A DNA stretch of 64,000 bases from Candidatus Desulfaltia sp. (GCA_030656555.1 JAUSPN010000040.1:70536-134535); one strand, 5' to 3'; positions 1 to 11,137 are shown, numbered from the stretch's first letter. Notes: generated by a model not told the origin, from the letters alone. Made by a program: numbers and translations.

Positions 1-1
1 A

Positions 2-1174
2 AAGGTATCCCTTGCGTTTCAGCGGGAGGTTATCAATAATATTGTTCCACATGTGCGGCCCGACCTGATTCATTGCAACGACTGGATGACGGGTCTTATA
101 CCGGCAATGGCAAGGCAACTCAACATTCCCTGCCTCTTTACAATCCATAATATTCATACCGTCAAGAGCACACTGTCTTATGTCGAAGATAGAGGCATAG
201 ATGCGGCATACTTCTGGCAAAACCTTTATTACGAGAAAATGGCATATGAATACGAGGGAACCAGGGAATCGAATCCTGTGGATTTTCTGGTTAGCGGGGT
301 TTTTGCCGCCCACTTTGTAAATACAGTAAGCCCTACCTTTCTGATGGAACTGGTGGAAGGAAGACACAATTTTGTTGAACAACCATTAAGACAGGAGCTG
401 TCTAACAAATGGAATGCCGGATGTGCTGCAGGGATACTCAATGCTCCTGATCCTTCCTTTAATCCAGCCATTGACAGTAATATTAATTTTCAATACGGGC
501 CAAAGGATCATCTTAAAGGCAAAAGAAATAATAAGCTTTTTATACAACGGTCATTAGGGCTTATTCAGGATGAAAGGGCGCCTTTATTTTTCTGGCCTTC
601 CCGTCTTGATGTAATTCAAAAGGGTTCTCAGTTGCTGTCTGAAATTCTTTACGAGGTTGTTTCCCGATATTGGGACCAGAATCTGGAGATTGTTTTTGTA
701 GCCAATGGTGAATTTAAGAGACATTTTGAAGATATTGTAAGACATCATAATCTGTACAACAGGGTTGCCGTATGCGGCTTTGATGAGCGCATGGCGCGTC
801 TTGCCTATGGAGCATCGGATTTTGTGCTGATGCCCTCACGTTTTGAACCCTGCGGCCTTCCCCAGATGACAGGCCCGATCTACGGATCACTTCCGGTAGC
901 TCATGATACCGGGGGAATCCATGATACGATTACACACATAGATGTTGATAATAACAGGGGCAACGGCTTTCTTTTTAATGTGTTTGATTCAAGGGGGCTG
1001 CGATGGGCAATTGAACAGGCCATGCTTTTTTATAAACTTCCCCCAAAAATAAAAGAAATTCAGATAAAACGGATTATGAACCAGAGCCTTGCCAGTTTCA
1101 ACCATGCGGTTACTGCCAGGCGGTATATAGATCTGTATGAAAAGATGCTGCAGCGTCCGCTCATTAATCAGTAA
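2..1174 (+). CDS. glgA: Glycogen/starch synthase-like glycosyltransferase (GT5 type), 5' end cut by the window edge
   Basis: The frame is open from nt 2, with no stop upstream of the listed ATG at 53. Motifs HCNDWMTG, FTIHN and PSRFEPCGLPQ are typical of glycogen synthases. A branching-enzyme gene follows. Confidence 0.8.
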   Translation, partial: KVSLAFQREVINNIVPHVRPDLIHCNDWMTGLIPAMARQLNIPCLFTIHNIHTVKSTLSYVEDRGIDAAYFWQNLYYEKMAYEYEGTRESNPVDFLVSGVFAAHFVNTVSPTFLMELVEGRHNFVEQPLRQELSNKWNAGCAAGILNAPDPSFNPAIDSNINFQYGPKDHLKGKRNNKLFIQRSLGLIQDERAPLFFWPSRLDVIQKGSQLLSEILYEVVSRYWDQNLEIVFVANGEFKRHFEDIVRHHNLYNRVAVCGFDERMARLAYGASDFVLMPSRFEPCGLPQMTGPIYGSLPVAHDTGGIHDTITHIDVDNNRGNGFLFNVFDSRGLRWAIEQAMLFYKLPPKIKEIQIKRIMNQSLASFNHAVTARRYIDLYEKMLQRPLINQ

Positions 1175-1413
1175 AAGTGCCTAAAGTATATTAAAGTGAG
1201 CTAAAGTGCCTAAAGTTAAAGTATTCTGCCTATTTTAAAAACCGCTCTGTTGCACAGCCATAGCTCATTAATTGTTTTTGGCCGAAGATAGAGCGCATCT
1301 CTGTGTTTAGATCAAAGGGCACAAGAAACAATTATCAAAATGTAAGAATTTTAGATGGTTATAACTATCAAATTGGCAGTGCCGAAGGCGCATTCCTTAA
1401 CTTTAGGCACTTT
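1174..1413. repeat. Word-type repeat AAAGTGCCTAAAGT: two direct copies plus one inverted copy
   Basis: Direct copies lie at 1174-1187 and 1203-1217. The perfect 15-nt reverse complement AACTTTAGGCACTTT lies at 1399-1413 and encloses ~180 nt of non-coding DNA between glgA and glgB. Confidence 0.7.
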
Positions 1414-1429
1414 AATCCGGAGGATTAGC

Positions 1430-3511
1430 GTGACAACAGACAAAGGCTTGGTTTTGAAAGGACCAGATGATCTCTTGCAAAATCTTCTTGAAAGCGATCC
1501 ATATCTGCGGCCATACGAAAAGGTCCTTAGAAGGAGACAAAAGCGCATTCGTGAAACCGAGGAGAGGCTAACCGGTGGAAAAATGAGCCTGCCTGAATTT
1601 GCGTCAGGCCATGAATATTTTGGACTTCATTTAAAAAATAATCAATGGATTTTTAGGGAGTGGGCTCCGAATGCAACCGCAATTTATCTTATCGGAAGGA
1701 TGTCTGACTGGCATGAGAGAAAGATGTTTGCTCTTGACTCTGTTGCCGGCGACGGTGTGTGGGAAATACGGCTGCCTCAAGATGCTCTTAAACACGGCGA
1801 TCTTTACCGGCTTCGCATACACTGGCCCGGCGGAGAGGGAGATCGGATACCTGCCTATGCAAGACGGGTAGTTCAGGACCCTGAAACATTAATTTTTAAT
1901 GCTCAGGTCTGGCTGCCCCCTTCACCATATCAGTGGAAATGCAACGATTTTCAGCCTCCATCCGGTGCTTTGTTAATCTATGAAGCACATGTAGGCATGG
2001 CCCAGGAAGAGGAGAAGATCGGTTTATACCGGGAATTTACCAGGCATATCCTCCCGCGGATCGTTGATAGCGGTTATAATACACTACAACTAATGGCGAT
2101 CCCTGAGCATCCCTACTATGGGTCGTTTGGTTACCATGTGTCGAGCTTTTTTGCTGCTTCCTCCCGGTTCGGAACACCGGAGGAACTAAAGGAGTTGATC
2201 GACGCGGCCCACGCAGCAGGCCTAGCGGTTATAATGGATTTAGTCCATTCCCATGCCGTATCCAATGAAGTGGAAGGCCTCAGCCGCTTTGACGGTACTT
2301 ACTATCAATATTTCCACGAAGGCCCCCGCGGATTCCACAAAGCCTGGGATTCCAGATGTTTTGACTTTGTAAAGCATCAGGTTCTTCATTTTCTTCTTTC
2401 AAACTGTCGCTTCTGGCTCGACGAATACCGTGTTGACGGGTTTCGTTTTGACGGAATAACCAGTATGCTTTATTTTCACCACGGCCTGAGCAAGGCATTT
2501 ACTTCGTATGCCGAATACTTTGACGACAGCGTTGACGAGGAAGCCTTGGTTTATCTCGTAATTGCCAACCGACTCATTCATGATGTGCGTCCTGATGCAA
2601 TTACAATTGCGGAAGATATAAGCGGCATGCCTGGGCTGGCTGCACCGCTTTCAGTGGGTGGAGTTGGTTTTGACTACAGATTTGCAATGGGGGTCCCTGA
2701 TTACTGGATACGGCTGACCAAGGATACAGCAGATGAAAACTGGGACATGGGGAATCTCTGGTATGAGCTGACCAACCGGAGAGAGGATGAAAAAACCATC
2801 AGCTACGCGGAATCCCACGACCAGGCTCTCGTGGGAGACCAGACCCTTATATTCAGGCTTGTCGGCTCAGACATATACAATCATATGAGTATTCATGACA
2901 AAAATATCAGAGTGGACAGAGGCATGGCTCTGCACAAGCTCATCCGCCTGATAACTCTTGCTACTGCCGGGAACGGTTATCTTAACTTTATGGGCAATGA
3001 ATTCGGTCATCCTGAATGGATTGATTTCCCCCGCAAAGAGAACTCATGGTCATATCGCTATGCGCGTCGGCAATGGCATCTTGTTGATGATCTTGAGCTG
3101 AAGTATCATCTTCTATCCAGTTTTGACCGCGATATGATCTCTTTGGCACAACATTACCGGCTTTTAGAAATTCCAGGGCAGGCTCTCTTGTTTCAACATT
3201 TTAGTGATAAGGTAATAGCTTTTAAACGAGCAGGGCTATTGTTCGTGTTCAATTTCCATCCATCCAAATCTTATGTTGACTATCGATTCGAGGTGCCGTC
3301 AGGAAAATACCGTATGGTCCTTAACAGCGATGCCGAACAATACGGCGGCTACGGACGGTTGATTCCGGATCAACACCATGAAACATCCATTGATGTTTCA
3401 GACAGCAAAAAGCGGCATCTGATCAGTCTCTATCTTCCTGCACGCACAGCCATTGTTCTGGAGAAGGTTGCAAGCACTTCCTTTCCCTGCAATACATGTC
3501 CTGCTCAATAG
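1430..3511 (+). CDS. glgB: 1,4-alpha-glucan branching enzyme, GH13 (eukaryote-like subfamily-8 type motifs)
   Basis: GH13 conserved regions are present: DLVHSH, GFRFDGITSMLY, IAEDISGMP, YAESHDQALVGDQ. I prefer the GTG at 1430, preceded by GGAGGA at 1419-1424, over the ORF-track ATG at 1355, which lies inside the repeat element. Confidence 0.85.
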   Translation: MTTDKGLVLKGPDDLLQNLLESDPYLRPYEKVLRRRQKRIRETEERLTGGKMSLPEFASGHEYFGLHLKNNQWIFREWAPNATAIYLIGRMSDWHERKMFALDSVAGDGVWEIRLPQDALKHGDLYRLRIHWPGGEGDRIPAYARRVVQDPETLIFNAQVWLPPSPYQWKCNDFQPPSGALLIYEAHVGMAQEEEKIGLYREFTRHILPRIVDSGYNTLQLMAIPEHPYYGSFGYHVSSFFAASSRFGTPEELKELIDAAHAAGLAVIMDLVHSHAVSNEVEGLSRFDGTYYQYFHEGPRGFHKAWDSRCFDFVKHQVLHFLLSNCRFWLDEYRVDGFRFDGITSMLYFHHGLSKAFTSYAEYFDDSVDEEALVYLVIANRLIHDVRPDAITIAEDISGMPGLAAPLSVGGVGFDYRFAMGVPDYWIRLTKDTADENWDMGNLWYELTNRREDEKTISYAESHDQALVGDQTLIFRLVGSDIYNHMSIHDKNIRVDRGMALHKLIRLITLATAGNGYLNFMGNEFGHPEWIDFPRKENSWSYRYARRQWHLVDDLELKYHLLSSFDRDMISLAQHYRLLEIPGQALLFQHFSDKVIAFKRAGLLFVFNFHPSKSYVDYRFEVPSGKYRMVLNSDAEQYGGYGRLIPDQHHETSIDVSDSKKRHLISLYLPARTAIVLEKVASTSFPCNTCPAQ

Positions 3512-3657
3512 AGGTGATAAAGCCGTTGACATTTTATCGGCCATTTCATAGAATAATTGTAGCCGTTCACGGCTTGAAGCTTGAAATTGGAAAGTAGAAA
3601 TTTGGGAGAGATGAAACGAGTTTACGAGAACAGCACAAAAGCATGAAGGCCGAATTT

Positions 3658-3714
3658 GATGAACTCGTAAAAAGTCTCCTAAACTTGTCACTTCGAGCAA
3701 AGCGAGAAATCTTT
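3658..3714. repeat. Half copy of the nested-hairpin intergenic element (family also at 33047 and 48466)
   Basis: GATGAACTCGTAAAAAGT and GTCACTTCGAGCAAAGCGAGAAATCTTT match the left arm of the full element at 33047-33187. Confidence 0.6.
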
Positions 3715-3757
3715 AAGCTGTAACCAATTGAAAAGATAAGCAATCAGGAGGTTTGAC

Positions 3758-4210
3758 ATGAAGGAATTTAATAAAATTTTATTTCCTGTTGATCTTTCAG
3801 AATCATCACCCAAAATCGTTCCCTTTGTGACAACAATGGCCCGTAAATTTGGATCGGAAATTCATCTTTTATTTGTGGCCCGTGTTTTTGAATATTTTTC
3901 CGGTATTTACGTTCCTCATACTTCTATAAACCAGTTTGAAGATGAGGTGGTGAAAGGAGCAAAGAAACGGCTTGAAGAATTTACTGAAGAATGTTTTTCC
4001 GATTTTCCGGGGACCGAAGCGAAAGTGGTGCCAGGAGATATCTCGGAAGAAATTTTAAAATATACCGTATTTAATGGCATTGATTTACTTATCATGGGAA
4101 CCCATGGCAGGAAGGGGCTAGAAAAGGTGATTTTTGGCTCTGTAGCGGAAAGGGTGGCAAAAGCCTCTTCCGTGCCGGTTCTTCTTATAAACCCTTATAA
4201 AGCTTCCTGA
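3758..4210 (+). CDS. Universal stress protein (UspA family)
   Basis: 150 aa, with a C-terminal GTHGRKGLEKVIFGSVAERV motif typical of the Usp ATP-binding type. AGGAGG lies 7 nt upstream of the ATG. Confidence 0.85.
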   Translation: MKEFNKILFPVDLSESSPKIVPFVTTMARKFGSEIHLLFVARVFEYFSGIYVPHTSINQFEDEVVKGAKKRLEEFTEECFSDFPGTEAKVVPGDISEEILKYTVFNGIDLLIMGTHGRKGLEKVIFGSVAERVAKASSVPVLLINPYKAS

Positions 4211-4285
4211 TTATAAAGCAGGAAAGAAGGCAAAAGTGCCTTTTATAAAAACACAGGAACTTGCCCGTATGAAGGAGGTATAATT

Positions 4286-4963
4286 ATGTTGGTTAAAAAC
4301 TGGATGAGCAAAACCGTTGTAACTATTGAGGCTGAGGATTCAATACAAGCTGGTATTAAGTTGTTGAAGCAGCATAATATCCGTATGCTGCCGGTTACAA
4401 AAAAAGGCAAGCTCGTCGGTGTTATTACAGATCGTGATATAAAAAGGGCGTCAGCCTCTGATGCCACTACACTGTCGGTTCATGAGCTTAATTATATACT
4501 GTCGAAGGTTAAGGTCAAGGAGATCATGTCTGACAGGCTCATTACAGTCCCTTTTGATTATACCGTGGAAGAAACGGCCGATGTCCTCCTGAATAATAAA
4601 ATATCCGGGGTTCCTGTGGTCGATCATGAAGGAAAGATTGTCGGCACAATAACCCAGAGCGATCTGTTCAGAGTGATAATCTCCTTAACCGGTGTCGGGA
4701 AAAAGGGGGTTCAGTTTGCATTTCAGTTAAAAGATCAACCCGGTTCTATCAAGGAGGTTGCCGATATTATTCGGGGATATAGTGGACGTGTTGTAAGTAT
4801 TTTGAGTTCACATGAGCGGGTGCCGGAAGGTTATCACAATGTTTACCTCCGCATGTACGGCATTGACCGGTCAAAGCTTACTCAACTTATTGAAGCTTTA
4901 AAAGCAGAGGCAACCCTTCTTTATATGGTAGACCATGATCAAAACATAAGACAGATCTATTAA
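4286..4963 (+). CDS. CBS-pair domain protein with ACT-like C-terminal domain (AcuB-like architecture)
   Basis: Two CBS motifs are present (MLPVTKKGKLVGVITDRDI and GVPVVDHEGKIVGTITQSDL), followed by a ~80-aa C-terminal beta-alpha region. The RBS is GAAGGAGG. Confidence 0.8.
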   Translation: MLVKNWMSKTVVTIEAEDSIQAGIKLLKQHNIRMLPVTKKGKLVGVITDRDIKRASASDATTLSVHELNYILSKVKVKEIMSDRLITVPFDYTVEETADVLLNNKISGVPVVDHEGKIVGTITQSDLFRVIISLTGVGKKGVQFAFQLKDQPGSIKEVADIIRGYSGRVVSILSSHERVPEGYHNVYLRMYGIDRSKLTQLIEALKAEATLLYMVDHDQNIRQIY

Positions 4964-4984
4964 TATTAAGCACTAAAATAATTT

Positions 4985-6682
4985 ATGAGTAATGGCAGGC
5001 ACATAGAGAATTCGTATTACAGGTCTTTGACCAGAAAGATGATTTCCATCATTATTATTGTATCTTTTACGCCCTTGGTCCTGATCGGCGGCATTATTCT
5101 CAGTCAATTTGATAAATCATACCATGAAAAGACATACGCCCATCTGGGAACATTGGTTCAGCAGCACAAACAGAATATTGATACTTTCTTAAATGAAAAG
5201 TTGAGTGACATTAGGTTTTTTGCAACGAACTTTAGTTTTGAGAAATTGAGTGATAAATTTTTTCTTCAGCAAACCCTTTTCAGGCTTCAACAGGAATATG
5301 GATCGGTCTTTGTTGACCTGGGATTGGTCGATGAGGATGGGCTCCTGATCACCTATGCAGGACCGTTTAAACTGGAAGAAGCCAAGTATTCAGAAGCGGA
5401 ATGGTTTAAAAAAGCAATTAAAAAGCATTATTTTATCAGCGACGTTTTTCTGGGTCTTCGCGGTCTTCCTCACTTTATCATTACAGTAAAACAATACTAT
5501 GAGAAAAAACCTTATATATTGAGAGCAACCATAGATTTTGTTGCATTTAATAACCTTGTGGAAAATGTTCGTATCGGTGAAACCGGCTTTGCTTTTATCT
5601 TGAACAGGAAAGGAGAGTTCCAGACTAACCTGCCCCTCAACATTATCCCGGACAAAGGTCTTTATATGGCTTTTATCGAGAAAGCTGAGAAGGAGAGGAC
5701 CAGAAAAGGGGTACAGATTATTGAAAAGTATAACGGTTTTGGGAAAAAGCGTATATATGTGGCCGATTTCCTCAAGAAAGGAGAATGGCTGCTGGTATTT
5801 CAGCAGGATACGGCAGAGGTCTTTGCGGAACTGCATAGAGCTATGTATATTGCTGTTTTTATCATTCTTATGGGTGGGTTAGGCATTATCATCATGGCTT
5901 TTTTTCAGTCCAGGAGAATGGTTGGCCGCATTGCTGAAGCTGATAAAGAAAAAGAGATGATGAACCAGCAGGTGATTGAAACCGGAAAACTGGCGTCCAT
6001 AGGAGAACTGGCGTCCGGCATAGCGCATGAGATCAACAACCCGGTTGCTATTATGGTTGAAGAAGCGGGGTGGATACAGGATTTATTGGAGGAGGAGGAA
6101 TTCCAGAAAAGCGATAACCTCAATGAATTTGAAATGGCCACAAAGCAGATTCAGACCCAGGGACAACGATGTAAGGAAATCACCCATAAGTTGCTGAGTT
6201 TTGCCAGAAAAACAGATGCAAGGGTGTCGGATGTTCAGATAAACGATATGGTTAACGAACTGGTCGAACTCTCTTCGCAAAGAGCAAAGTATAGCAATGC
6301 CACCATCAAGACAAATCTTCAGAAAGACCTCCCCTTGATCAAAATTTCCGAGTCGGAAATGCAACAGGTCTTTTTTAATCTAATCAATAACGCCATTGAT
6401 GCTATAAATAGAAAAGACGGAATCATTGATATATCTACTCAATTGCAAGACGATAATATTATAATTACTGTGTCTGATAATGGTTCCGGAATCCCCAGGG
6501 ACAATCTTGCCAGAATATTCGATCCCTTTTTCACAACAAAGCCGGTCGGCAAGGGAACCGGCCTGGGATTGTCTATATGTTATGGTATTATCAAAAAACT
6601 GGGTGGGGAAATAGATGTTAAAAGCGTGCTGGACCTGGGGACTGTCTTCACTATTAGGATTCCTGTTTTTGCTAACAAATAG
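4985..6682 (+). CDS. Sensor histidine kinase with Cache-like extracytoplasmic domain (paralog family 1)
   Basis: Two TM segments flank a domain with [20 protein letters not shown]. The H-box is IAHEINNPV, the N-box is NLINNAIDA, and G-boxes are DNGSGI / GTGLGL. Confidence 0.9.
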   Translation: MSNGRHIENSYYRSLTRKMISIIIIVSFTPLVLIGGIILSQFDKSYHEKTYAHLGTLVQQHKQNIDTFLNEKLSDIRFFATNFSFEKLSDKFFLQQTLFRLQQEYGSVFVDLGLVDEDGLLITYAGPFKLEEAKYSEAEWFKKAIKKHYFISDVFLGLRGLPHFIITVKQYYEKKPYILRATIDFVAFNNLVENVRIGETGFAFILNRKGEFQTNLPLNIIPDKGLYMAFIEKAEKERTRKGVQIIEKYNGFGKKRIYVADFLKKGEWLLVFQQDTAEVFAELHRAMYIAVFIILMGGLGIIIMAFFQSRRMVGRIAEADKEKEMMNQQVIETGKLASIGELASGIAHEINNPVAIMVEEAGWIQDLLEEEEFQKSDNLNEFEMATKQIQTQGQRCKEITHKLLSFARKTDARVSDVQINDMVNELVELSSQRAKYSNATIKTNLQKDLPLIKISESEMQQVFFNLINNAIDAINRKDGIIDISTQLQDDNIIITVSDNGSGIPRDNLARIFDPFFTTKPVGKGTGLGLSICYGIIKKLGGEIDVKSVLDLGTVFTIRIPVFANK

Positions 6683-6712
6683 TGTTATTAAAAGAAAAAG
6701 GAGGGTTTTGAT

Positions 6713-7144
6713 ATGGCTTTAGCAAACCTGCTTTTAGTTGATGATGAAGTGCCGTTTGTGGAAACTATGATCAAGCGTTTGACAAAAAGAGATCTCAATG
6801 TTGTTGCTGCTTTCAGCGGGCATGAGGCTTTAGAACAGCTTGAAAAACATCGTAATATCGAAGTCGTTATCCTCGATGTTAAGATGCCGGTAATGGATGG
6901 CCTTGAAACTCTCTATGAAATAAAAAAGAAATATCCTTTGACAGAGGTAATCATGCTGACAGGCCATGCCACAATTGAAACAGGAATTGAGGGAATGAAG
7001 CTTGGAGCTTTTGATTATCTTATGAAGCCCTGCGATATAGGGGTACTTATTTCCAAGGTAGATGAAGCTGCGACTAAAAAGAGAAAGCATGATGAAAAAA
7101 TTATGGAAGCTCGTATGAAAGAGATTATTTCCAGGCGCGTATAA
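6713..7144 (+). CDS. Single-domain response regulator (receiver only)
   Basis: LLVDDE, ILDVKMPVMDG and LMKPCDI receiver motifs; 143 aa. Confidence 0.9.
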   Translation: MALANLLLVDDEVPFVETMIKRLTKRDLNVVAAFSGHEALEQLEKHRNIEVVILDVKMPVMDGLETLYEIKKKYPLTEVIMLTGHATIETGIEGMKLGAFDYLMKPCDIGVLISKVDEAATKKRKHDEKIMEARMKEIISRRV

Positions 7145-7153
7145 GGAAAGGTC

Positions 7154-7561
7154 ATGCCAAAGGAAAAAAAAGTTCAGGAAAATAGCATCAGGGTTCTTCT
7201 TGTTGATGACGAGAAGGAATATGTAAAAGTCCTGTCAAACAGATTGACCCTTAGAAATATTGATGTGACAAAGACCTACAGCGGCTCCGAAGCGCTTCAG
7301 GTCCTTCGCAAGCAAGATTTTGACGTGGCGGTTCTGGATATTAAAATGGAAGACATGGATGGGCTTGAACTTCTCAAGATATTAAAGAAAATGGCTCCTC
7401 AAATAGAGGTTATCATGCTTACCGGCCATGGTTCGGCAGAAGAGTCAAAGCAGGGGATGAAACTCGGCGCCTATAATTATCTCATTAAGCCATGCGAGTT
7501 TGAAGATTTACTTGATAAAATCAAGGGTGCTTATCAAAAGTCTCACTTATTGAAGCTTTAA
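7154..7561 (+). CDS. Single-domain response regulator (receiver only)
   Basis: VLLVDDE, VLDIKMEDMDG and LIKPCEF motifs; 135 aa. Confidence 0.9.
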   Translation: MPKEKKVQENSIRVLLVDDEKEYVKVLSNRLTLRNIDVTKTYSGSEALQVLRKQDFDVAVLDIKMEDMDGLELLKILKKMAPQIEVIMLTGHGSAEESKQGMKLGAYNYLIKPCEFEDLLDKIKGAYQKSHLLKL

Positions 7562-7637
7562 AAGCAAAAGTTACCATTTCAATTCCTTTTCTAAAACCTT
7601 TATCTATATCAACAATCCACCATTGCAGTAGTTACAA

Positions 7638-8960
7638 ATGAATTTAGAAAACAAACTTAAGCTTAACAAAGCCACCATAATTATTTCCTGGTTTATAGCT
7701 TTTTTGTGTTTTATCTTAACGATTATTATGAGCATTCAAAAAACCTATGTCTTTGCTAACAGCCTGTTCTGGATTCAAGGTACAGGTGTTTTTGCTCTTC
7801 TAACAGGAATAGCCGGAACCCTGTTTTATGATCAATGGCGTTTCCGCATTCTTCAAAATCGGATTTCAGACCAATCCAAAGAACTCAAGCGATGCTATGA
7901 AAAGTACAGGAACCTGGTGGAAAGTGCGGAAGATTTTATATTTATAGTTGACGAATCAGGTCTTTTTCGATCGTTAAACACCTTTACGGCTGCTTTTTTC
8001 GGCGGCACCCCTTCCCAATTTATAGGTCAGCCATTGTCAAAGCTTTTTTCAAAAGAAGTTGCCGAAAAACAGATAGATATTATTAAACATGTTTTCCAGG
8101 TCGGTAAAAGCGTCCGCGATGACGTTATGGTAACGACAGGAAAGCATCAGGTTTTGCTTAACATCAACTTCATGCCTCACAAAGATGAAAAAGGAAATGT
8201 GCGATCTGTTATTTGCATTGCCAAAGATATAACTGAAAGTAAGAAATTAGAAAACCAGCTGGTTAATACTGAAAAACTCGCCTCGATAGGGACTTTAGCT
8301 GCAGGGGTTGCACACGAGATTAATAATCCGCTCGCTATTATCCTGGGTTTTGCCGACCTTCTCCTGGAAAAATGCGAAAAAAACAGCCGGCTTTATCAAG
8401 ACCTGAAAACAATTGAACGCCAAGGCCTTCATTGTAAGGCGGTAGTAGAAAATCTGCTGAAATTTGCCAGCCATGGCAAGGGCCTTTACGAATACTGTGA
8501 TATCAATGAGGCTATCAGAAATATCATGGACGTAGTTAAACACTCATTGGACATGAACAACATCGAGCTTCGATTAAGCCTCGCGCCGGATCTTCCTGAA
8601 GTTAAAGCTGATTTACGACAAATTCAACAGGTAATACTGAACCTGGTCAACAACGCAATAGCTGCAATGAAAAACGGAGGCGCCTTGTGGATAAGTTCAG
8701 CCCTTGATAAAAATAATGAAAAGGCAGTTATAATTGTCCGCGATAATGGACATGGTATCTTACCTGAAAACATGGATAAAATTTTTGATCCATTTTTTAC
8801 AACAAAGAGTGAAGGAGACGGCACTGGTTTGGGCCTCTCTGTAACTCATGGAATTATAACTAAATATGATGGGACTATTTCCTGCGAGAGTAATATAGCC
8901 GACTCCGGCAACAACCCCAAAGGAACTGCTTTTAAAATTACACTCAGGATTAGGGACTGA
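7638..8960 (+). CDS. Membrane PAS sensor histidine kinase (paralog family 2)
   Basis: Two N-terminal TM helices and a PAS region ([21 protein letters not shown]). The H-box is [11 protein letters not shown]; HATPase motifs are DNGHGI / GTGLGLS. Confidence 0.9.
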   Translation: MNLENKLKLNKATIIISWFIAFLCFILTIIMSIQKTYVFANSLFWIQGTGVFALLTGIAGTLFYDQWRFRILQNRISDQSKELKRCYEKYRNLVESAEDFIFIVDESGLFRSLNTFTAAFFGGTPSQFIGQPLSKLFSKEVAEKQIDIIKHVFQVGKSVRDDVMVTTGKHQVLLNINFMPHKDEKGNVRSVICIAKDITESKKLENQLVNTEKLASIGTLAAGVAHEINNPLAIILGFADLLLEKCEKNSRLYQDLKTIERQGLHCKAVVENLLKFASHGKGLYEYCDINEAIRNIMDVVKHSLDMNNIELRLSLAPDLPEVKADLRQIQQVILNLVNNAIAAMKNGGALWISSALDKNNEKAVIIVRDNGHGILPENMDKIFDPFFTTKSEGDGTGLGLSVTHGIITKYDGTISCESNIADSGNNPKGTAFKITLRIRD

Positions 8961-8962
8961 TT

Positions 8963-10354
8963 ATGGATGGAAGAATTTTAATAGTTGACGATGAAAAGGA
9001 TATGCTTGTCCTTTTAAAAAGAATAATTGAAGAAAAGACCAAACATGTTGTTGAGACAGAATACAATCCTTTAAAGGTAGTAGAACTGCTTAGAAAACAG
9101 CAGTTTGATATTATAATAACTGATTTGAAAATGCCGAAAATGGATGGGATAGCTATCCTTGATATGGTAAAAAATATTCAACCCTCTGCTATCGTGGTAA
9201 TTATGACAGCATATGCCACTATTGAAACCGCTGTAGAAGCAACCAGAAAGGGCGCTTTTGACTATATATCCAAGCCATTCCGTAAAGAACGGATACTTAT
9301 AACAATTGGCAAGGCCATGGAATGGCAAAAGCTTACCCGGGAAAATATAACTCTGAAAAATTCCCTTAAGCAAAAAAAAGAATTTCCCCCAATTATCGGT
9401 TCAAGCCCTTCTATTATATCAATTACAAAAATGATTGTTCAGGTAGCCAAATCAACAGCTACGATTCTTATAAGCGGAGAAAGCGGCACAGGAAAAGAGC
9501 TGGTAGCAAAAGCTATTCATTATCACAGCAACCGTAAAAACAAACCTTTTATAACGATCAACTGTACCGCCATGCCTGAACAAATAATAGAAAGCGAACT
9601 TTTTGGCCACGTCAAGGGCTCCTTTACCGGCGCATGGAAGGATAAGAAAGGGATTGTTGAAGAAGCGGACCAGGGCACTCTTTTCTTAGACGAAATAGGA
9701 GATCTGAACATGGCCATGCAGGCCAAATTGCTTCGACTCCTGCAGGAAGGGGAATACAAGCCGGTTGGAGGTTTGACAACAGAAAAAGCAGATATCCGTT
9801 TTGTAGCCGCTACCAATCAAGATCTTAAAAAACTCATAGCAGTAAAGCAGTTTCGAGAAGACCTTTACTACAGGCTTAATGTTATTAATTTACACCTGCC
9901 CCCTTTAAGGGATAGAAAAGAAGATATTCCAGTTTTGGCATACCATTTTTTTGAAAAATTCAATTTGTTAAATGATAAAAAAATAAGTGGTATCGACCCC
10001 GAGGGAATATCAGCGCTAATATCTAAAAGCTGGCCCGGAAATATCAGGGAGCTGGAAAATTGTATTGAGCGTGGAGTTATCCTCTGCCAATCCGATACTA
10101 TTAAAATATCAGATATCCTGCCACAAGAACCTGTAGCGCATACTTCGCCTCTTTTTGATCACAAGATTTATACACTTCCATTTAAAGAGGCAAAGGAAAT
10201 CATTGTAAAGGCTTTTCATCACAAATATATTAACTGGATCCTTCAACAAAACAATGGTAATATTTCCAAGGCCGCCCAGCAGGCTGAACTGCAAAGACAA
10301 TATCTCCACAGGCTCATAAAAGAAGAGAATATTAACACTGAAATATTTAAATAA
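8963..10354 (+). CDS. Sigma-54-dependent response regulator (NtrC family: REC + AAA+ + Fis-type HTH)
   Basis: The receiver has ITDLKMPKMDG. Walker A is GESGTGKE, the sigma-54 contact loop is GSFTGA, Walker B is LFLDEIG, and the C-terminal HTH is GNISKAAQQAELQRQYLHRLIK. Confidence 0.95.
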   Translation: MDGRILIVDDEKDMLVLLKRIIEEKTKHVVETEYNPLKVVELLRKQQFDIIITDLKMPKMDGIAILDMVKNIQPSAIVVIMTAYATIETAVEATRKGAFDYISKPFRKERILITIGKAMEWQKLTRENITLKNSLKQKKEFPPIIGSSPSIISITKMIVQVAKSTATILISGESGTGKELVAKAIHYHSNRKNKPFITINCTAMPEQIIESELFGHVKGSFTGAWKDKKGIVEEADQGTLFLDEIGDLNMAMQAKLLRLLQEGEYKPVGGLTTEKADIRFVAATNQDLKKLIAVKQFREDLYYRLNVINLHLPPLRDRKEDIPVLAYHFFEKFNLLNDKKISGIDPEGISALISKSWPGNIRELENCIERGVILCQSDTIKISDILPQEPVAHTSPLFDHKIYTLPFKEAKEIIVKAFHHKYINWILQQNNGNISKAAQQAELQRQYLHRLIKEENINTEIFK

Positions 10355-10769
10355 AGGGTTCACGGTTCAAGGTTAAGAGGTTCAAAGATTCATGATGCTT
10401 ACCCAGTGAAATCAGAGGCATCGGAAAAAATCGCGAAGCGATTAACCCTGAACCTGGAACCGTTAACCTTTGAACCCAGACCGACCCAATGTCCAATTTT
10501 TATCAGATCCGTTATGAATAAAGGGCTTGAAAACCATATAAAAATTATTTTTAACAAGGTCTGCTATTATTCACATGTAAACCAATTGTTTCACACATCC
10601 AACCTGTTGATATTTCATAATTTATTTATCAAATCTTTATCCTGATGCACCAATCACTGTAATCTAATAGTTTACAGAAAGTTTAAAGTCCAAACGCAAC
10701 CAATAAAATTAACAAGAAATTAATAATCATTACAAGCAATTAAGATTTTATTCTTGCTAACCTATTTTT

Positions 10770-10785
10770 TGGCATCCATATTGCT
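10770..10785 (+). promoter_or_regulatory. Sigma-54 (-24/-12) promoter
   Basis: TGGCAT-ccata-TTGCT matches TGGCAC-N5-TTGCW with GG and GC 10 nt apart. It lies 83 nt upstream of the 10868 ORF and downstream of a sigma-54 activator gene. Confidence 0.8.
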
Positions 10786-10867
10786 GTTATCTATAAATTG
10801 TAATAGTTAAGCCCTAAGACACAGAAAAACCGGAAAGAAGAGGCGGTCCTTTTAAAAAAGGAATATA

Positions 10868-11137
10868 ATGGAAAAACTAAAGGTTAAAGAAATCACACTC
10901 CTCATGGATGAAAATCTTTCTGCGGAACAATCTGTTTCTTTAGAGGACAAGATTACAGATGCAATTGAAGTCATGCTTAAAAACGACCTCGACCGCATTG
11001 CCGTGACAAGCAAAAATAAAATTCTCGGCATGATAAAGCTTGAAGATGCGCTTAAAGTCATTGGATTAAAAGACGACCTGAAAAAAAAGGCAGCAAAAAT
11101 TATTATCATACATGGACGCAAAATTGTAATAGAGTAA
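10868..11137 (+). CDS. Small protein with a single CBS-like motif
   Basis: 89 aa; DRIAVTSKNKILGMIKLEDAL resembles one CBS repeat. It is the first ORF after the sigma-54 promoter. Confidence 0.55.
   Translation: MEKLKVKEITLLMDENLSAEQSVSLEDKITDAIEVMLKNDLDRIAVTSKNKILGMIKLEDALKVIGLKDDLKKKAAKIIIIHGRKIVIE

Noticed and set aside
1355-1429. ORF-track ATG start (1355) for the branching enzyme.
   Set aside because: The first 25 codons overlap the inverted copy of the AAAGTGCCTAAAGT repeat and lack an RBS. The GTG at 1430 has GGAGGA 5 nt upstream.
10627-10639. IHF-like site TATCAAATCTTTA matching WATCAANNNNTTR upstream of the first sigma-54 promoter.
   Set aside because: Such matches are frequent by chance in AT-rich DNA, and the site lies ~140 nt from the -24 element. 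On its own it is not supportable.
10406-10645. 79-aa ORF in the spacer upstream of the first sigma-54 promoter.
   Set aside because: It runs through GTGAACC/GGTTCA word repeats and AT-rich DNA. It has no RBS and its composition is implausible.
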